A stretch of DNA of 56,613 nt, filler included, from Squatina squatina (taxonomy: Eukaryota), in assembly GCA_031763465.1 (NCBI GenBank). It is 3 parts of 2 records of this genome, joined end to end, with 100 filler letters (N's around TTAATTAATTAA, not from the genome) between each part and the next. Parts side by side here need not be neighbours in the genome. Positions count along the whole stretch, not along the records: positions 17,137 to 41,913 come from JARFOE010000001.1; 2 more parts are not named here. One strand, given 5' to 3'. The translations under genes were made by a program, and so were the position numbers. The notes under the pieces were generated by a model that worked only from the letters and a program-made list of their open reading frames with translations, searched no databases and was not told the DNA's origin. This document shows positions 26,900 to 37,946 of the stretch, piece after piece. Numbering within the stretch: position 1 is the stretch's first letter; every line of letters starts with the position of its first letter.

Positions 26900-27607
26900 T
26901 CTCCGGCGATCTGGGGGTATATGTGAACAAATCGCTGAAGGTGGCTGGTTGATAAAGCGGTTAATAATGCATATGGGATCTGGGCTTCATAAACAGAGGC
27001 ACAAAGTACAAAAGCAAGGAAGTAAAGATGAACCTTGATAAAACACTGGTTCAGCCTCAACTGGAGTATCGTGTCCAATTCTGGGCACTGCACTTTAGGA
27101 AGGATGTGAAGGCCTTAGAGAGGGTGCAGAAAAGATTTACGAGAATGATTCCATGGATGAGGAACTTCAGTTAATTGGATAGACTGGAGAAGCTGGGGTT
27201 GCCTTCCTTAGAGTAGAGAAGGTTAAGAGATTTGATAGAGGTGTTCAAAATCATGAGGGGACTAGACAGAGCAGATAGAGAGAAATTGTTCTCATTGCCA
27301 GAAGGGTCGAGAACCACAGTACACAGATTTAGGGTGATTGGCAGAAGAACCAAAGGCGACATGAGGTAAAACATTTTTACACAGCGAGTAGTTAGGATTT
27401 GGAATGCATTTCCTAAAAGGGTGGTGAGGCAGACTCAATCATGCCTTTCAAAAGGGAATTAGATAAGTACCTGGAGGAAAACAATTTGTAAGACTACGGG
27501 GAAAGGACTGGGGAGTGGGGCTAGCTGACGTGCTCTTGCAGAGAGCCAGCATTGACTCAAGAGGCCAAATGGCCTCCTTCTGTGCTGTAACCATTCTCTG
27601 ATTCTAT
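26900..27607 (+). mobile_element. CR1-like LINE 3' end
   Basis: Degenerate ORF2 C-terminus (KTLVQPQLEYRVQFWALHFRKDVKALERVQKRFTRMIP..). It ends in CCATTCTCTGATTCTATGA, a CR1-type microsatellite tail. Confidence 0.85.
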
Positions 27608-28399
27608 GAAATGGGTCTTATACACTGCACAAAGACTGGGGAGGGGCAGGCAGCCAACAGGCATAACAAAAAGGCAAGTTATTTTCTGTAAAGGAACATT
27701 AGGTCAGGATCAGCGCTGGAGGCTTTTTGGCTGCTGAAAAGACCCTGCCCACAGTGATTAAACCTGTAGCAGAAGGCTTTCCTCCCACAATTCCAAACAC
27801 TCAATGCTGTTAGGGAACCTCGAGGCTGTGGAAATAACCTGAACAGATAAATCTAGTCTGGTAAGGCGCAGTGCATATCAGGTGCATTGCATCTGACTAA
27901 CATGCAGGGCCACAAGACACTCGGGTTTACTATTTTCACAACATAAACTCTATGCAATACCTGGGTTACTGATGCAATCTTGTACATTCCATATGCATAT
28001 AATTCAATGAATCCAGAATCTCCCCCAAGAACAAGGGTATTTAGCCTGGTAAGAAAAGAACAGAAATTTGAANNNNNNNNNNTGCTCCACTATAGCTGTC
28101 TATAACTCAGCATGGTATTTCATTAAGAAATCTACTCTTCACATAACACAAAATAGGAATGAACAGAAACCATTTCTGTAGAGCAGAACATACAGATAGT
28201 CCTGGCCATTTGTTACTAGGCGCTTTCTGGCTCCTGCATCTATCAAGAATTGTGTATAATGAAGACTGGGAAGTGAAGGAAGTAGAGAAAAAGTTGCAAT
28301 GGCTTAATATGTTGCTGTACGTATGATTTGTACAAGAGTGGTAGTACATAGATTTGTTCCAGGATTATTCTTATACTGCATTACTAATTTTGGCTATGC

Positions 28400-29174
28400 A
28401 ATCAGCAGGACCATTTGGTTCCAAGCCTCATCACAGTCTTGGTCCATACTTGGAATTGAATGCCAGAGGAGAAGCAAGAGTAGCTATCCTCAAAGTCAAG
28501 ATAGGATTCAACCGAGTCTAGCACCAAGAAGTCTTAGCAAAACTGAGGCTACTGGGGGTCAAAGGGAAAATAATCGAGCGGCTGGAGTCATAGGTGACAC
28601 AAAGGAAAATGGTTGTGGTTGTCAAAACCAATTATCACAACCCCAGGACATCGCTGCAGCAACACAGTTTCCTTGCCCAATCATCTTCAGCGACTTCATC
28701 AATGGACTTCGCTCCATCATAAGGTCAGGAGTGGGACTGTTCACTGATGATTCTATAGTGTTTAGCTCTTCAAATAGTGATGTAGCCTGTGCAAGCCGAC
28801 AGCAGTACCTGGACAACATCCAGGCTTGGTTTGGCAAGTAGTAGGTTACATTTGCACCACATAAGTGCCAGGTAATGATGATCTTAAGCAAGCCATCGCC
28901 CTCAACCTTCAATGGCACCATCTTGAGGGAGAGTCACCACTGAACAGAAGCATAACTGGCCCAGCCACATCAATGCCATGGTTACAAGAGCAGGGCAGAT
29001 GCAGGGTACTCTGTGATAAGACAAGGCTGAAACGTTTGCTACCATCTTCACCCAGAAGTGCCGAGTGGATGATCCATATCAGTCTCCTCCCGAGGTTCCC
29101 ATCATCACAGAAGCCAGTCTCCAGCCAATTCGATTCACTCCACGTGATATCAAGAAATGGCTGAGCACACTGGA
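28400..29174 (+). mobile_element. Degenerate non-LTR retrotransposon RT fragments
   Basis: PIIFSDFINGLRSIIRSGVGLFTDDSIVF..QQYLDNIQAW (decayed FADD region), followed by a second piece LQPIRFTPRDIKKWLSTL. Confidence 0.75.
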
Positions 29175-30435
29175 NNNNNNNNNNNNNNNNNNNNNNNNNN
29201 NNNNNNNNNNNNNNNNNNNNNNNNNNNNNNNNNNNNNNNNNNNNNNNNNNNNNNNNNNNNNNNNNNNNNNNNNNNNNNNNNNNNNNNNNNNNNNNNNNNN
29301 NNNNNNNNNNNNNNNNNNNNNNNNNNNNNNNNNNNNNNNNNNNNNNNNNNNNNNNNNNNNNNNNNNNNNNNNNNNNNNNNNNNNNNNNNNNNNNNNNNNN
29401 NNNNNNNNNNNNNNNNNNNNNNNNNNNNNNNNNNNNNNNNNNNNNNNNNNNNNNNNNNNNNNNNNNNNNNNNNNNNNNNNNNNNNNNNNNNNNNNNNNNN
29501 NNNNNNNNNNNNNNNNNNNNNNNNNNNNNNNNNNNNNNNNNNNNNNNNNNNNNNNNNNNNNNNNNNNNNNNNNNNNNNNNNNNNNNNNNNNNNNNNNNNN
29601 NNNNNNNNNNNNNNNNNNNNNNNNNNNNNNNNNNNNNNNNNNNNNNNNNNNNNNNNNNNNNNNNNNNNNNNNNNNNNNNNNNNNNNNNNNNNNNNNNNNN
29701 NNNNNNNNNNNNNNNNNNNNNNNNNNNNNNNNNNNNNNNNNNNNNNNNNNNNNNNNNNNNNNNNNNNNNNNNNNNNNNNNNNNNNNNNNNNNNNNNNNNN
29801 NNNNNNNNNNNNNNNNNNNNNNNNNNNNNNNNNNNNNNNNNNNNNNNNNNNNNNNNNNNNNNNNNNNNNNNNNNNNNNNNNNNNNNNNNNNNNNNNNNNN
29901 NNNNNNNNNNNNNNNNNNNNNNNNNNNNNNNNNNNNNNNNNNNNNNNNNNNNNNNNNNNNNNNNNNNNNNNNNNNNNNNNNNNNNNNNNNNNNNNNNNNN
30001 NNNNNNNNNNNNNNNNNNNNNNNNNNNNNNNNNNNNNNNNNNNNNNNNNNNNNNNNNNNNNNNNNNNNNNNNNNNNNNNNGTCCTTCTGCTACCTTCTAT
30101 GGACAACTGGGATGGGCAATAAGTGAAGTCTTGCTAGCATTGCCCACACTCAAAACAAATTTATAAAAGGTAGAATGTATCCAAGGCTCATTATACTGGC
30201 TATACTACACGTTAGGAACAGAAAATGTGAGGAGCAATTTTGGCTCTGTAAGTAGTGCCAACTAATGAAATTAAGAAATGCACAGCTTTAGAATACATAA
30301 TTTCTGAGAGTGCAATTTTGTTGTTATATGCTGCATCAAACAAAATAGATTAACAGTTTGAGCACATTCTTTTCAGCAGTCAAACTACACACATTATTAA
30401 GGAATCTCTTTTTGGGGATGAAGAGAAAAAAATAC

Positions 30436-31423
30436 CTTTTGTCACCTAAAAGCTTTGTGACTTCATCTGATTTTTCTTCACTAAAAATAAAAAAAAAGAT
30501 AAAATGCATGTTAGAATCCAGATGAAACAGCTAAAGCTAATTTTTAAAAACGATGGATTTCAAAGGCATACTATAGCTGGACATACCTGAAAATCTTTGC
30601 AGAGGTACTGTAACTGATAAGATCAAGGAAAATTAAAATACCATGCATTAGAANNNNNNNNNNNNNNNNNNNNNNNNNNNNNNNNNNNNNNNNNNNNNNN
30701 NNNNNNNNNNNNNNNNNNNNNNNNNNNNNNNNNNNNNNNNNNNNNNNNNNNNNCCTCTCTCTGTACCTAATTTGACTCTAAATCACCCTCCTTTTCCATT
30801 GTTACTCTTTTGTTCTCAATCTTTAAATCTCATTGGTTAAGGAGATACACTGTTGGTCCTGCCGTTCACACTTCCAGCAGGTTACAGCACAAATTTTGTT
30901 TAACCTAACAGATGTAGGAAAATGTCTAATTAACGGCAGGTGCCGCAAAAAACCCCACTCCAACAAGATTTGGCCCATATAAAGTAGCCTTTTAGTTCCG
31001 AATGCCTCAAAACATCTGAAATTGGATTTTACTTTTGCAAAAACAAATGGATCAACATAATTGCAATGAAGACTGAGCTTCTGTTTTTGATTACCTTTTC
31101 GGATCGGTCACCTCAGTCCAGTGCATGCAGGTGACTACGTTTTCCAAGGAGAAAAAATGTAGGATCTCTGCTTTTTCCACGTCACATAGAACAATTCGCC
31201 GAGTGTCTGCGAGACTAAAGGCTAAAACTAGTCAAAAAACAAAAAAGGATTTATTACCACCATACACAATTTAACAACTATACGAGGTCATGAGATCTGG
31301 TGCATTTGGTGCTTTACCTTTTCCATCTGGCCTCCATGCTAATGATGTTACTTCTTTTCCTGTGTTTTCATTCGGTGCCAAACTCCACACACGCTGAAAG
31401 TGGGCTAGACGATGAAGCAAAAC
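30436..31423 (-). CDS. ANAPC4: ANAPC4 N-terminal WD40-region exons: 31423-31318, 31227-31095, 30613-30587, 30480-30436
   Basis: VLLHRLAHFQRVWSLAPNENTGKEVTSLAWRPDGK|VLAFSLADTRRIVLCDVEKAEILHFFSLENVVTCMHWTEVTDPK..|YSTSAKIFS|EEKSDEVTKLLGDK. Exon sizes are 106, 133, 27 and 45 nt with canonical sites. One intervening exon is not seen. Confidence 0.93.
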
Positions 31424-32490
31424 CTAAAAATTAAACAAAAATATTCTATGGTATTTTGCTGATATTCTACGAGTGTCTCAGCTAGTTTTTACATTTGGTT
31501 TAACGGTAACTCTGTTGCAGTATAAATTAGCAGCACAATATGCACTACCTGCACAACTGACTTTTGTCCTGCAGTCTGGATCCCAGCTGATACTTTAAGC
31601 AACACAATACTACTGTCTTAATAGTGGTTCAAGTACAAGTACCAATACAAAAAAAAAAAATCAGAAAACCTTAACTTGTAGAAGAGGGACTGGAGATGTG
31701 GAGTAGACTAGGACAAGGCTAGGAGTTGNNNNNNNNNNNNNNNNNNNNNNNNNNNNNNNNNNNNNNNNNNNNNNNNNNNNNNNNNNNNNNNNNNNNNNNN
31801 NNNNNNNNNNNNNNNNNNNNNNNNNNNNAATCGACTGACCAAAGCAGTGCTTGGCTCTCAACAATGAGCCCCTTTAAGGGCTGAGGTGGCCTGACACATG
31901 ATTGAAGCTGCTTAGATCGCTTGCTGAGTTGGACCGCTGAAACCAGTGTAGCTCAATTAGCGCCGAATCTGAAACCATTAACGTTGATTTTTTGCTCATT
32001 TTAGAGCCCGCGAAAAAAAAAAAATTCAAGACACCAATACCGCTACTTAAAACATCAGCGCAAAATGGGCACAAAATACGCCCATTTTGGTCACCTTGAG
32101 TTTCAAAAGCAGCGCAGGCTGATTGGGTCCCCTTAAGTTTTAAATTTAACTTCTCTTTCTAACATTTCCTCATGTCTCTTTTCGCTTTCTCTCTCGCTTA
32201 ATCCAATCTTTCTTTCCCTCTCTTTTTTTTCTCTTTGTGTACCTGATTTGACATTGAAGTCACCCACTCTATTTCACCCTCCTCTTCCTCTGTTTATTTC
32301 TCAATTCTTGAATCCCACTGGTTAAGGAGATACACTGTGTGTCGCATTGTTCACGAATGCCCCGCTGCCCTTGCTTGTCAGCTCGCACTTCCAGTAGCTT
32401 TGTGGGCAAAAAGAACTTTGAGCTGAAGTACACAGGACTAAGCCTAACTAACGGGGCATGCTGTGAGATGCCTCACTCCGGCAAATTCTT
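30754..32490 (+). repeat. Two copies of an interspersed repeat (30754-~30977 and ~32020-32490), probably DNA-transposon derived
   Basis: Shared blocks CTCTCT..TGTACCT.ATTTGAC and TGGTTAAGGAGATACACTG (near 30834 and 32319). Confidence 0.6.
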
Positions 32491-32942
32491 CTCCCATCGC
32501 CTGAGCTCTATACTGGAGGACAATTCCACGGGTGACAATCGACCTCCTGCAACTCAATATTGCCCACTAATGCTAATACCCAACATCATAATTTCGAGGA
32601 CGGAGTTTCTTAACATGTACCGCCTGATTCACTCTTCTACTTCACCCCTTCAACTATTTGAAAAACACAGCGAAGAACCAGTAACAGTTGGAACTGTACA
32701 CTCATCAATCACCAATTTCGTCAGTCTGGTTCACTTGAAGTTCTCATTCTGTGACAGACTGGAAAGGTGTTTTGTGTTTTCTTTCCAAATCTTCATTTAC
32801 CATATTGGATGCAGAGTATATTAGGTATAGACCAAGAATCCTTGGGACCATATGTCTGATTTTTGCAGTAGTAGGTCAGAGTTGCATCTGTTTAAGTTAA
32901 GTGTTGTAGATGCAGGTTTTGAGACTGCAGCATGCATCCTGC

Positions 32943-33438
32943 TTATATAAGAGAACTGTTTGTGTCTGGCTCTTCTCCCTCTTGCTGAGCAGATTCTACA
33001 GTGTTACAACCACAGCGTCTCATGAGAATTGACTGATGAATTGTCTTCACTGATGTTAAGTATATTATGGAGATGATGAGAAGGAAAGGTGCAGCTGCAG
33101 CAACAATTATGATACCAGTGATCCCTGATAAAATACAAAAAATAGTTACCAATTGGGGCGAAAAAAAACTATCATGAAAATAAAGTAAAAATACGTAACT
33201 TAATAACTAGAAGACGCAATAATATTTGAATGTTACCTTTTCCGGGGAATGCATGTGCAATACCAGTTTTGTTTACATGAGATGCTTTTGGTAAAAATGC
33301 TAAATTAGGCTCCTTTGAGCAGTTAAAAAGAGCGAGTGACAGTTGGCTCATCCAGAGTCCTCTGAGGCTGTCGGGACTGTCGCACAACATATCCAGCTGC
33401 ACCTGCAACTGTGAAGAGCAAGAGCCCAATATTACAGC
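32943..33438 (-). CDS. Unidentified single-pass membrane protein, last two exons (33438 or 33408 to 33237; 33124-32943). LRRCT-like cap, TM helix, short tail
   Basis: ..LDMLCDSPDSLRGLWMSQLSLALFNCSKEPNL..FPGK|GITGIIIVAAAAPFLLIISIIYLTSVKTIHQSILMRRCGCNTVESAQQEGEEPDTNSSLI*. It shows the C-x-SP-xx-LRG..F-x-C pattern. A 112-bp GT-AG phase-1 intron preserves the frame. Confidence 0.68.
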
Positions 33439-33684
33439 CTGTATGAAAACTGGAATATATGTGTTGTATATTTGTTAAGATGTTATGAACAGTATACTAA
33501 CAAGAGAATGACCAGATTATTTAACTAAAATCATGAGAATGATTCTCTCTTTCTCTCCCACATAATTTCTTAGTCATCCCCGTTTGTTTACTCGTTCTCG
33601 CTGTCATTTTCTTTGTCCTTTTCCCCCATCTCCTCAGGCAGGCTTGAGGGAAGTCGCTAAAGCTGCCTCTCAAGTCTTCAACAT

Positions 33685-33990
33685 CAGCAACAACTTGTAT
33701 TTATACAGCGCCTTTAATATAGTGAAACATCCCAANNNNNNNNNNGCTTCAAAGCAGTGTCATAAAACAGAATTTGACATAGAGCCACATACGGAGGAAT
33801 TATGGCAGACTTGGTCAAGGAGGTAGGTTTTAAGGAGCGTCTTAAAGGAGGAAAGAGAGGCTTAGGGAGGTTTAGGAAGGAAATTTCAGAGCTTGGGGCC
33901 TAGGCAGCTGAAGGCATGACCACCAATGGTTGAGTAATTAAAATCAGGGATGCTCAAGAGACTAGAAGCAGAAATCTCAGGGTGGGGGGG
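33685..33990 (-). mobile_element. L2-like LINE 3' end
   Basis: Reverse-strand tail ..TGGGATGTTTCACTATATTAAAGGCGCTGTATAAATACAAGTTGTTG. A similar tail is at 22200-22262. Confidence 0.65.
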
Positions 33991-35387
33991 AATANNNNNN
34001 NNNNNNNNNNNNNNNNNNNNNNNNNNNNNNNNNNNNNNNNNNNNNNNNNNNNNNNNNNNNNNNNNNNNNNNNNNNNNNNNNNNNNNNNNNNNNNTGTTAA
34101 CCCATTTATATTAGCTGGGTATAGGTATGTCTAATGAACACATTAATGCACTTGTATCCTACTGTGTAATAATCAAGCCATGTAGGAATGTTGCTTTGTT
34201 TCTTTTATACACACTGACACTGAATGCTGCACATTGGTTTCAGATAATGGGGAGTCATTAATACATGCTGGAGATACTCACACCAATAATGTTTAAATGA
34301 CTTTCATTCCACAGTACCAGCAGGGGGCTTAACAAAACAGAAAATGTGGTTGCCATGGCTCCGACACCCAAATGGGGAGGGTGGTTTCTAATTCTTTAAT
34401 TGATTGACAGCTTGGCAAACCAATTCTTGACCAAGCTAGGTGAAGGAGGGGATCAAAGGTTCACTTTTCTGGGTGTCGCTGGAAGGGTCTGTATGGCTCA
34501 ATTTGGGGCTGAAACATACAGAGAGGCACCTCACTTTCTAAAGCAATTGCCAGATAGGTCAACGATGCTGAGTTAAAAAATGAAGGCGGCCCATATCAAA
34601 AGAGCAAAGTTTACACAATTTATTATTTTGATGCTATGGGGAGTAACAGAAAATTGCTAAATCTTGCTGTTAAAATGGCACTCTGTTCATCATATATTAT
34701 GCACAGAATAAACCAGTTGGTTTACAAGTGTCTTTGTTCCATGAGAGAGCTTTTCAGTCTACTTGCTGAAAAGGCTGGAGAAATAAATGTGGCATGTAGG
34801 ATCACAGCATCCAGTACAAACAATGAAATCTTATTGTTATGCCTCCCAGGTCACACTATCATTTAACTCAATCCTGGGTGCTTAAAGGTACACTCCTGTT
34901 CACAGGGAACCTGAGGTCTGCTTACAGCAATGCTAAATCCAAGAGTATATCTAGTACAGACCCGAAATTTGTAACAGAAGCCAATTACAAAACAGCAAAC
35001 CAACACAATCCTTTTTTTTTGGAATTAATTTTAAGTTCATCAAGGTGAAGGACATTAATGCTGGATAATGGAACACTTTCCATTATCGGCAACGAGTATC
35101 TTCATCTAACAATCCTGCATCAGGTACAGCAGTTAGATATGGAGCACAAGTCCCTCTTCTCTGCCCCAACAATGTGCCTCAGCCTAACCCTTGAGGCGGA
35201 AGTAGGATATTTTCCAGTTAACTTCAGCCTTAGTAGAATTTGTGCCAAATTAGGATCGTGGCATTAGGAACTTATTTGAGGCTATTCAAACTGCTAGCAG
35301 AGAAAACCATCAACCCGTAAACAGTCTGGTTTAGATTTTGACCTCAGTCCACAAAACTGAATTACAAGTGCTAAACATTATTTGCAC

Positions 35388-35481
35388 CTTTAAGATGGAC
35401 ACTGTTCTGTAAGAAGGAAAACCATGGATTTCCGTCAGTCTCTGGAGGAGTTACTAGGTCATCATCTTCATCTTTTAAATA
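35388..35481 (-). CDS. ANAPC4: ANAPC4 exon (94 nt)
   Basis: YLKDEDDDLVTPPETDGNPWFSFLQNSVHLK, AG/GT bounded. It matches APC4 YLKDEDDDLVSPP. Confidence 0.92.
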
Positions 35482-36376
35482 CTGCAAAAAACAAATTACA
35501 ATTATGTAGTTAAATAACTTCTAATTCAATACTGAAATACTCAAAAAGGTAAGCCTTTCTGAAGCAGAGTGAAATATAACAGATACAAATAACATTTATT
35601 CTTTGAACTTAATCAAAATCAATCACAGTTCAATTGCGTGCTTACGAGAATACTCAAGTTATCAAAACTTTCTTCAGGAGTCAACTACAATATGTACAGT
35701 ATACTAAATATTGTACAATACTTGAGAAATGCCAGTCCTTTTTCTCCAATTAACTTGTAAACAAATGAATATTTATAAAAATTTAGTACATCATTCTCAA
35801 ATTGTAAATAGAAAGCAAGACACTTGAGACAGACTATTAATGTAAANNNNNNNNNNNNNNNNNNNNNNNNNNNNNNNNNNNNNNNNNNNNNNNNNNNNNN
35901 NNNNNNNNNNNNNNNNNNNNNNNNNNNNNNNNNNNNNNNNNNNNNNGTATGAATGAAGCAATGCCTGTATTTCTCCAGTACAACCCTAGTTGCTGAGATA
36001 TTCCGTTTACCCCAGCATAGGTATGGAATACAAAAGTTAGAGTCCTCGAGTCAGTTCTGCTTCTACTGTTTGTTTACAACTTCTTGTTCTTGTTGATGTA
36101 GGGCGCATAGCCTCATCGGGCTCAGAGCGATGTTACCTACACACACCCGACACGGAAACCGCAAATGGAACTAACGCGCCGGAATTGGCGCAAGAGAAAG
36201 CGCAGCTAAAATAAAACCCTTTATTTACGTGAGATTGTTGCTAATTAAAAAAGCTCCCAGGTATAGCATCAAACACAAAAAAATTATATGGATAGACAGA
36301 CAAGTTTAATACTTTGAACAATTCATCTTCAAGGTGTTGATCCCAACTAGTTCAGATTTGCAACTTTGGACTGTAC

Positions 36377-36919
36377 CTGGAGGAGTGTTGAAATATGTGT
36401 GAACTTCCGCGCCATCCGAGTTACCTCAGGCAAACAATCGGACAGCAACGTGGTATCCAACTGTGTAAACAAATGATAAGATCATGTGAAAGAAAGTCAA
36501 CATCTGTTTCAAAATTACTACTTTTGTTGAAGTAACCTCTTGAATTCCACACAATGCTCGTAATTGATGTTCAACTAAATAATTATAGCTTAATGCAAGC
36601 TCTAGCAAATCACTGAATTTGATATCCTAATCAACCATACTGGCACTTTAAGTGTAATAGCTTTCTACTGCAAGTTCAGATGGAATTTTCACATAATTTG
36701 CATAGCGACAAGGATATGGTTATTCGGACACATTTATTTTGTTATCCATACAAGCCTAAACCGAGTTGATTAGATATACGCTCCTGAACAGAGGTCAGAA
36801 AATCCTACCTGGAAATAACTAATAATTGGCTCCAGTTCCTTGGATAGTTGAACTTCTGTGATTACAGACAACGCTTTCAAGTCACTGGACAAGCAAAGAT
36901 CCAGACAACGGCCTGCAAT
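36377..36919 (-). CDS. ANAPC4: ANAPC4, two consecutive exons (36919-36809, 36460-36377)
   Basis: IAGRCLDLCLSSDLKALSVITEVQLSKELEPIISYFQ|LDTTLLSDCLPEVTRMARKFTHISTLLQ with canonical splice sites. Confidence 0.93.
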
Positions 36920-37260
36920 CTGCAGGAGGAAATCATTTTTGTTTAGTGCAACATTAAAATATGCTTCACTATTCATCTTCTAAATAAAGACACAAACTGT
37001 TCTCTTAAAAACATGGCAAAACATAAGAATTTTTAGCAACAGGAACAGGCCATTTTTGACTAATCCGAATCCCACAACCTACATCCTCACCACGGCCCTC
37101 AATCCCTTCCATTTCCCAAGAAACTATCTGTTGCANNNNNNNNNNNNNNNNNNNNNNNNNNNNNNNNNNNNNNNNNNNNNNNNNNNNNNNNNNNNNNNNN
37201 NNNNNNNNNNNNNNNNNNNNNNNNNNNNNNNNNNNAGTTACAAAAGAAATTAAAATCAAT

Positions 37261-37946
37261 GGCCTGATTTTGCGGTGGCAATAATGGTGAAACTCTCAGT
37301 GTTCACTGTCATTACCCCTCTGAAACTGACCATAACTTCAGGATTTAGCACATGCGCACATAAATGCAGAAATCCTGAATAGCTGGAAATCAGTGAAATC
37401 AGTTGAACTTACACAAACTTCCCCTTTTTCACTGCAGTATCACTGTTCAAAACCCCAGAAAAAAGCTAAGCCTTGTTGGAAGAGGTGTGACTGCTGAACA
37501 ACAGTTCTGGCCCTGAAAAACAAAATTTATATTTGTGGAATGTCAAATTTCTCCTTTATGAAAAAAAAATAGATTTTTAAAATAAGAAAATATTTTAAAA
37601 ACATTTTTTAAAGTTCGTTTATGATACTTCAGCTTCTACCTTAATCCCATGTGTATGTCCAAATCTTTAGTTCACTTTCTGTAAAATTTTGAAAGGTGAA
37701 TGATAATCACTTTTTTTATTTCCTGGCTTGCTGTCTATGAGAATCCTTCAAAGTGACTGGCTGCTTAGACAGCTTGATAACATCACTGCTGCTATATGCT
37801 GGGGATCTCCTTTTGACAGTGCTATAATTAAATTAAGGTCGAGAAAGCAAAAGCTTTCACCACAGAGATGACGAGATCTTTGTGGGCAGCTTTATTCGTG
37901 GTTAGCGGCGATCACCGTTGCTTTGCCACAGACTGCAAATTCCAGG
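37261..37946 (+). mobile_element. Non-autonomous DNA transposon (~690 bp), copy 2
   Basis: Ends GGCCTGATTTTGC.. and ..GCAAATTCCAGGCC form an imperfect inverted repeat. Collinear with 17577-18293. Confidence 0.78.

Noticed and set aside
32339-32824. 161-aa plus-strand ORF
   Set aside because: It starts inside an interspersed repeat and has no recognisable domain or splice support.
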